The notes below the pieces were generated by a model. That model ran no database searches and had not been told where the DNA came from. It saw only the letters and a list, made by a program, of their open reading frames with translations. The translations under genes and the position numbers were made by a program. A stretch of DNA of 64,000 nucleotides from Trichinella spiralis (taxonomy: Eukaryota): positions 1,731,647 to 1,795,646 of the forward strand of contig NW_003526943.1 of NCBI RefSeq assembly GCF_000181795.1. The letters run 5' to 3'. Of the stretch, positions 62,865 to 64,000 are shown in pieces (within the stretch, counting starts at the first letter, position 1; every line of letters starts with the position of its first letter).

Positions 62865-64000
62865 TCAATAGCCACCGGTTTTGTATTCTTGTCGCTTCTT
62901 CTTGTCAATCCAGCAGCAAAGAAGCATAGAAAATAGCATCCCGATAAGCTGAAAGAGAAGAAATCAAACAAAATCGAATCACACATCGCGGATGATGTTC
63001 AAATGAAAGAATAAGCTGCTGCTGAAAGTGAAAGTAAAAAAAATAAAAGTAAACATACTTGAAAACAGCCGATGCCAACCGCCAGTCCGATGACGAGGTC
63101 CAAATTTTGGTAAAATTTTCCATAGACCGCAGGTAAGCAGCCCTTGAATGCAGAAAAAGGAAGTAAATGAATGTAAAAAGAAATATTGAACACTAACCAG
63201 AAGGGACCAGAAGAACTAACCTGCGTATTCAAATATGGCTCGTAGGTGAACAGTGGTTGCTTGTCATAAGTTACACCACAGTTGACGTCGTGTTCACGCA
63301 AGCCGAGATCGCTGCAACAAGACAACGGAACCCTACCCACGTTACCGGCACCGACGCCGAGTTCCGGGAGATCTTCAGCTTTGGTGGAATAATACGACTG
63401 GAGCCAGTCGGTATATGATTTCACACCGCAGCATTTCAGCTTTAACAACAACAATCAAAAAATAAAAAAATTCTGTTTTTTTTTTTGATTACTTACCCCA
63501 CGTTGAATGGTATCGAAAGTTTCGGTGTAGGGATTGTTTCGACCATAATGACTCAACACTGTCTCGTACATGCTCTTCTCGATGTACTGTTTAACCTGAT
63601 TTAAAAGAAATATTATTCCGCAAAGTGAATTCATTCATCCACTGTACAAAACTTAACAAACAACAACAAAAGATTAAACAAGTGATAGAGAAATAAGTGA
63701 AATGCAAAAAATACCTGCTCTTGATGTGTGTAAGCCAAAATGCCGCAGGTCAGCTCTGCGCAAAAGACAATGACTAATAAAATAAAAAACTAGAAAAAAA
63801 AGAAAAACATGAAAACAAACAAAAATTTAAATAAAACAAATTGACAGAAAAATATGCGAACCGCAATTAACAAGCACTTGGATTTGCGGAGAGCGCCGCA
63901 GCAGCCCATGAAACCAAGCAGCGACATGACAACACCAACTGCCAGTAGAATGTAGACAGTGACATAGAATTCTTGCAGTCGCGCATCCAACTCGATCATG
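62865..64000 (-). CDS. Tetraspanin (5' part outside the window)
   Basis: YILLAVGVVMSLLGFMGCCGALRKSKCLL, CCG motif LKCCGVKSYTDW, VPLSCC, GC, and TM4 ..CFQ|LIGMLFSMLLCCWI..GGY*. Confidence 0.95.

Noticed and set aside
1..64000. CRISPR arrays, rRNA, prokaryotic operons or bacterial HGT segments
   Set aside because: None seen. All recognisable genes are eukaryotic, and there is no regularly spaced repeat-spacer structure.

Overview
AT-rich, intron-dense eukaryotic DNA. Short GT-AG introns, ttttcag acceptors, FLYWCH-MULE relics and nematode-type genes suggest a parasitic nematode, probably Trichinella or a related clade I species (inference). I reconstructed about 17 spliced protein-coding genes by hand: a MOLO-1/TPM-like membrane protein, ETFB, SSR2, a secreted protein built from all-phase-0 micro-exons (almost invisible to the ORF track), a catalytically dead membrane esterase, a long lipocalin with tRNA-Lys in an intron, MXRA7-like, mitoferrin, U1-70K, RanBP2/npp-9-like, Sds3/BRMS1-like, a serpentine GPCR, a PAN-domain protein, eat-4/VGLUT, FDXACB1 and a tetraspanin, plus a truncated transposase ORF. 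Also present are three tRNAs (Lys-CUU, Trp-CCA, Gly-GCC) and several mobile elements: a solo LTR with a 4-bp TSD, an internally deleted Tigger/pogo element, two hAT MITEs, a decayed MULE and a long degenerate inverted repeat. The two most interesting observations are the micro-exon secreted-protein gene (9118-11365) and an apparent poison acceptor plus clustered decoy 5' splice sites in the oversized U1-70K intron (22554-24122). All family assignments are from motif recall, with no database search.
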